Source: Bdellovibrionales bacterium (GTDB lineage: Bacteria > Bdellovibrionota > Bdellovibrionia > Bdellovibrionales > UBA1609). From it: a stretch of 64,000 nt of DNA. The position numbers were made by a program, and so were the translations under genes. The notes under the pieces are model-generated. The model saw nothing but the letters and a program-made list of their open reading frames with translations. It had not been told where the DNA came from and did no database searches. Location: NCBI GenBank assembly GCA_022450595.1, contig JAKUPT010000004.1:5019-69018 (forward strand), in the 5' to 3' direction. Below are positions 60,298-64,000 of this stretch, piece after piece; positions within the stretch are counted from its first letter, which is position 1; each line of letters begins with the position of its first letter.

Positions 60298-62754
60298 ATG
60301 GGTGAAAATATGCAAACAGATAACGGTGTTGTTTCAGTTGATATTAACAAAGAAATGAAAGAAGCGTACTTACAGTACTCAATGAGTGTGATTGTAGGTC
60401 GAGCGCTTCCAGATGTAAGAGATGGTTTAAAGCCGGTTCATCGCAGAATATTGTATGCAATGAACGACTTAAACAATACTCACAACAAGCCTTATAAAAA
60501 ATCAGCACGTATTGTTGGTGATGTGATCGGTAAGTATCATCCACATGGTGACGCTGCTGTATACGATACCATGGTGAGAATGGCTCAAGACTTTTCCTTA
60601 AGATATCCTCTTGTAGATGGGCAAGGAAACTTTGGTTCTATAGATGGTGATAGCCCGGCAGCCCAGCGTTATACCGAAGTGCGCATGACAAAACTTGCCG
60701 AGGAAATCTTAGAAGATATTGAAAAAGACACAGTTGCTTTTCAGCCAAACTATGATGACTCCTTAATGATTCCAACAGTACTGCCAGCTAAATTTCCAAA
60801 CCTTTTAGCCAATGGTAGTAGCGGTATTGCGGTGGGGATGGCTACAAACATTCCTCCTCACAACTTGCTTGAGCTGATTGATGGGTGTGTGGCTTTAATT
60901 GATAATCCAGACATCTCAATTGATGAACTCATGGGACACATTAAAGGTCCAGACTTTCCAACAGCTGGTGTTATTGCGGGAACTAATGGAATAAAGTCTG
61001 CCTATAAAAAAGGACGTGGGATTATTACAGTGAGAGCTGTGGCAGAGGTTGTTGACAGTAAAGACCGAGAAAACATTGTTGTAACGGAGATTCCTTACCA
61101 AGTAAACAAAGCAAAATTAATTGAAAGTATAGCCGGCCTTGTAAGAGATAAAAAAATAGAAGGTATTTCAGACATCCGTGATGAATCTTCACGTGAGGGA
61201 ATGCGCATTCTTATTGTTTTAAAGAAAAACGAAAATGCTCAAGTCATTCTAAATAGACTATACAAGTACACTCAAATGCAAACAAGCTTTGGGATTATTA
61301 TGCTTGCTTTGGATTCTCGTAACCAGCCACGAGTGTTTAATTTAAAATCAATGCTTGAGGCTTTTGTTGAGCACAGAAAAGACGTTGTTACTAAACGTTG
61401 TATTTATGAACTGAAAAAAGCAGAAGCAAGAGCTCATATTTTAGAGGGTCTTAAAAAAGCTTTAGATCAAATTGATGAAGTGATTAAAACCATCAGAGCC
61501 TCTAAAGAAACTACAATAGCCAAGAAAAGCTTAATTGAACAGTTTGATTTTACAGAGCATCAAGCCCAAGCCATCTTAGAGATGAGACTTCAAAGATTGA
61601 CAGGACTTGAAAGAGAAAAAATTCAAAATGAACTGACAGCTCTTATGGAAAAAATTGGCTGGCTTAAAAAAGTTTTGGCTGATGTAAAAGAGATTTACAA
61701 AATCATAAGTGAAGAGCTTCAAGACATTAGAGAAAAATACAACAGCCCAAGACGCACACAAATAACATCAGACAGTGAAGAAACAGACGACGAAGATCTT
61801 ATTGCTGATGAAGACATGATTGTGAGTATGACTTACTCTGGAACAATTAAGCGTATTCCTGTTGAAGAGTACAAAGTTCAAAAGCGTGGTGGAAAAGGCC
61901 TTAAAGGTGGCGGTGTAAGAAATGATGAAGACTACGTTTGGAAGATTTTTTATGCCAGCACGAAAACCACAATATTAAGCTTTTCTGACAGAGGAAAGCT
62001 GTACTGGTTTAAAGTACACAAACTACCTCAAGGGTCTCGTACTTCAAAGGGAAGATCTATTTCTAACATTGTTCAAATTAGCAATGGTGAAAACATAAGA
62101 GCCATTTTGCCGATCAACGAGTTCAACAAAGAGTATTTTGTGGTTCTTTTAACAGAAGGCGGAACGATTAAAAAGACTTCGTTAGAGCTTTTTTCTAAGC
62201 CTCGACCAAGTGGAATTATTGCTTTAACTATAGATCTTGAAGACAACCTAACTGAAGCTCGAGTGAGCAATGGCTCTAGTGATGTGTTTATTGCCACGCA
62301 AGAGGGCATGAGCATACGTTTTAGCGAAGGCGGCGTAAGAGCTATGGGTCGAAGTGCCCGCGGTGTTAAAGGCATCACTTTAGGTAAAAACGACAAAGTG
62401 GTTGGGATGGAAGTTATTCCAAAAGACTGTAAAGACACCATTTTGATTGTAACTGAAAAAGGTTACGGCAAAAGAACCGCTGTTGAAGAGTACAGAACTC
62501 AAAGCCGCGGTGGTGTTGGTATTATCACTCAAAAAGTTTCTGACAAAGTTGGAAAAGTTGTAACAGCCAAACGAGTGGCTGAGACCGATCAAATTATGAT
62601 CACCACAAATCAAGGTCAAAACATTCGTATGCAAACTACAGATGTGTCTTGCCTTGGTAGAAACACACAAGGTGTTCGTTTAATTAACTTGAACAAAGAT
62701 GAGTACGTCACCGGAGTTGCCGTTATTGGCGTTGATGATGAAGACGAAGAGTAA
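60298..62754 (+). CDS. gyrA: DNA gyrase subunit A
   Basis: [65 protein letters not shown] (catalytic Tyr), C-terminal beta-pinwheel repeats and an acidic tail. Confidence 0.97.
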   Translation: MGENMQTDNGVVSVDINKEMKEAYLQYSMSVIVGRALPDVRDGLKPVHRRILYAMNDLNNTHNKPYKKSARIVGDVIGKYHPHGDAAVYDTMVRMAQDFSLRYPLVDGQGNFGSIDGDSPAAQRYTEVRMTKLAEEILEDIEKDTVAFQPNYDDSLMIPTVLPAKFPNLLANGSSGIAVGMATNIPPHNLLELIDGCVALIDNPDISIDELMGHIKGPDFPTAGVIAGTNGIKSAYKKGRGIITVRAVAEVVDSKDRENIVVTEIPYQVNKAKLIESIAGLVRDKKIEGISDIRDESSREGMRILIVLKKNENAQVILNRLYKYTQMQTSFGIIMLALDSRNQPRVFNLKSMLEAFVEHRKDVVTKRCIYELKKAEARAHILEGLKKALDQIDEVIKTIRASKETTIAKKSLIEQFDFTEHQAQAILEMRLQRLTGLEREKIQNELTALMEKIGWLKKVLADVKEIYKIISEELQDIREKYNSPRRTQITSDSEETDDEDLIADEDMIVSMTYSGTIKRIPVEEYKVQKRGGKGLKGGGVRNDEDYVWKIFYASTKTTILSFSDRGKLYWFKVHKLPQGSRTSKGRSISNIVQISNGENIRAILPINEFNKEYFVVLLTEGGTIKKTSLELFSKPRPSGIIALTIDLEDNLTEARVSNGSSDVFIATQEGMSIRFSEGGVRAMGRSARGVKGITLGKNDKVVGMEVIPKDCKDTILIVTEKGYGKRTAVEEYRTQSRGGVGIITQKVSDKVGKVVTAKRVAETDQIMITTNQGQNIRMQTTDVSCLGRNTQGVRLINLNKDEYVTGVAVIGVDDEDEE

Positions 62755-62759
62755 TCTCA

Positions 62760-63557
62760 ATGCGTTTAACGCTTATAAGTTTAATCGCTTTATTGATATT
62801 TGGATGCACCTCTAGTTTAGAAGAGGAACTAGAGCGTGCCCACTCACTAAGAGAAAAAAAAGATTTTACGCAAGCTCTTAGTGTTTATGACAAAATTATA
62901 AAGCAAAAACCCAATTCAAAGCTAGCTGCAAAGGCCGCGATTCATGCGGCGAAGATATCAAGAGATGAAAATCAAAATTATTCCCAAGCCATTAAGTATT
63001 ATGAGTATGTGATTTTATTTTCTGAAAAAGCTAAGGCTCGTGAAATGGCTCAAATTAGTATTGCCGATTTGTATTTTGACAAACTCAACGATTATCACAA
63101 ATCAATAGAGGCCTACAATAAACTCCTCCAAACCACCACAAACGACACTAAACGAGTGAAGTACAGGTTGGCCCTAGCTCGTAGTAATTTTTCGCTGAAT
63201 AATTTTTATCAAGCGTTGATTGAAGTAGATAGTTTGTTAGATATGAATCTGGACCAAAAAACTTTATATGAAGTGTTGGTCTTTAAGGGCAATATTTTGC
63301 TGACCACAAAAAAAATTGAGGACGCCATCTCAATATACAAACAGGTGATTGAAGAGTTCCCAGAGCAGTCTCGAAAAGACAACATTACAATGAATTTAGC
63401 GCTTTGCTATGAAGAGCTTAATGACTTCGATGAGGCGATAAAAATCTTAGAAGAACTTAAAAAAGACTATCCAATGCCTGATTTTATAGAGATTACTATA
63501 AAAAAATTGAAAAAAAGAAAAGAAAACCTGCCAGGAGCCAGAGGCTTAAGGAGGTAG
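62760..63557 (+). CDS. TPR-repeat lipoprotein (BamD/YfiO-like size and architecture, not verified)
   Basis: Signal/lipobox LIALLIFGC-TSS. Repeated TPR-like helices (..ALSVYDKIIKQKP.., ..AIKYYEYVI.., ..SIEAYNKLLQ.., ..AISIYKQVIEEFP.., ..AIKILEELKKDYP..). Confidence 0.6.
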   Translation: MRLTLISLIALLIFGCTSSLEEELERAHSLREKKDFTQALSVYDKIIKQKPNSKLAAKAAIHAAKISRDENQNYSQAIKYYEYVILFSEKAKAREMAQISIADLYFDKLNDYHKSIEAYNKLLQTTTNDTKRVKYRLALARSNFSLNNFYQALIEVDSLLDMNLDQKTLYEVLVFKGNILLTTKKIEDAISIYKQVIEEFPEQSRKDNITMNLALCYEELNDFDEAIKILEELKKDYPMPDFIEITIKKLKKRKENLPGARGLRR

Positions 63558-63558
63558 T

Positions 63559-63783
63559 ATGAAAAACCCAGGAGTAATGTTTATTGGAGTGGGGTTTGAG
63601 CTTTTTGCTTTGGTCCTAGGGGGCATGTACTTTGGCGAGGCTGTGGATAGCTACTATCAGCTTGGTGGCTGGGGAGAAAAAGGAGTTCTGGCGGCCGTGT
63701 TGCTTAGCTGGAGTTTTCATTTTTATATCTTAATTCGTCGGTATATGAGGTTTTTGGAACAAGAAGAAAATAAGCAGAAATAA
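63559..63783 (+). CDS. AtpZ/AtpI-family small membrane protein (ATP synthase gene-1 type)
   Basis: 74 aa with two TM helices; GVGFELFALVLGGMYFGEAVDSYY fits the G.E(L/V)...V..G...G..(L/V)D pattern of AtpZ-type proteins that precede atpI/atpB/atpE. Confidence 0.5.
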   Translation: MKNPGVMFIGVGFELFALVLGGMYFGEAVDSYYQLGGWGEKGVLAAVLLSWSFHFYILIRRYMRFLEQEENKQK

Positions 63784-63839
63784 CAAAAAATCAAAATTCT
63801 TCTAGACATACTGCACATAAAAATTTATGAGTAGCACCA

Positions 63840-64000
63840 ATGGTATTAGATGGTGTTTTAAAGCTTTATCGGGGCTATCAATTCTCGTTGTCACATTGGT
63901 TTATTGTTGGGCTGTTTTACTTAATTTCAAGTGGATTTGGCCATCAAAACCCTGTTCTCTATTCTGCGTATTTATCAAGTGCCGTTTTAGGTATTAGCTT
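63840..64000 (+). CDS. 5' part of a further hydrophobic ORF running off the window (possibly atpI-like)
   Basis: My manual translation is MVLDGVLKLYRGYQFSLSHWFIVGLFYLISSGFGHQNPVLYSAYLSSAVLGIS..., open to nt 64000. A competing 55-codon Cys/Trp-rich frame from 63826 looks less protein-like. Confidence 0.25.
   Translation, partial: MVLDGVLKLYRGYQFSLSHWFIVGLFYLISSGFGHQNPVLYSAYLSSAVLGIS

Overview
AT-rich (roughly 35-40% GC by eye) Gram-negative chromosomal segment spanning the replication-origin region. It is densely packed with conserved housekeeping genes. Left to right: a propionyl-CoA carboxylase / methylmalonyl-CoA mutase cluster, tatA-tatC, an M16 peptidase, hemW, grpE plus a zinc-finger-less J-protein plus an LpoA-like lipoprotein, a DksA-family gene, lon, a patatin-like lipase, a nuo operon with only the seven membrane-arm genes (A,H,J,K,L,M,N), mfd, nagZ, and atpF'-F-H-A-G-D-C. 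These are followed by parA-parB-bactofilin with three parS palindromes, rsmG-mnmG-mnmE-jag-yidC-yidD-rnpA-rpmH, then dnaA-[candidate oriC]-dnaN-recF-gyrB-gyrA, a TPR lipoprotein and an AtpZ-like gene. I found no rRNA, tRNA, CRISPR, transposase, integrase or phage genes. Gene content and order (b/b' ATP synthase, bactofilin fused to the parAB operon, very compact overlapping genes) suggest a Bdellovibrio-like or delta-proteobacterium-like lineage, but this is inference only. The parts worth a second look are listed here. (1) A divergent pair encoding a Cyc2-like fused monoheme cytochrome/beta-barrel porin and a tri-heme lipoprotein cytochrome (6447-8799). (2) An orphan two-gene secreted cassette (16488-18536). 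(3) A tight cluster of consensus DnaA boxes 31-33 kb from dnaA/oriC, next to an HTH/coiled-coil gene and a patatin gene (22009-24063). (4) GC-rich nested palindromic elements at convergent gene junctions (4240-4411, 8910-8992). (5) The parS x3 / ParA-with-acidic-tail / ParB / bactofilin module. (6) The split nuo and atp operons. All functional calls rest on motif recognition in the supplied translations; no database search was possible.
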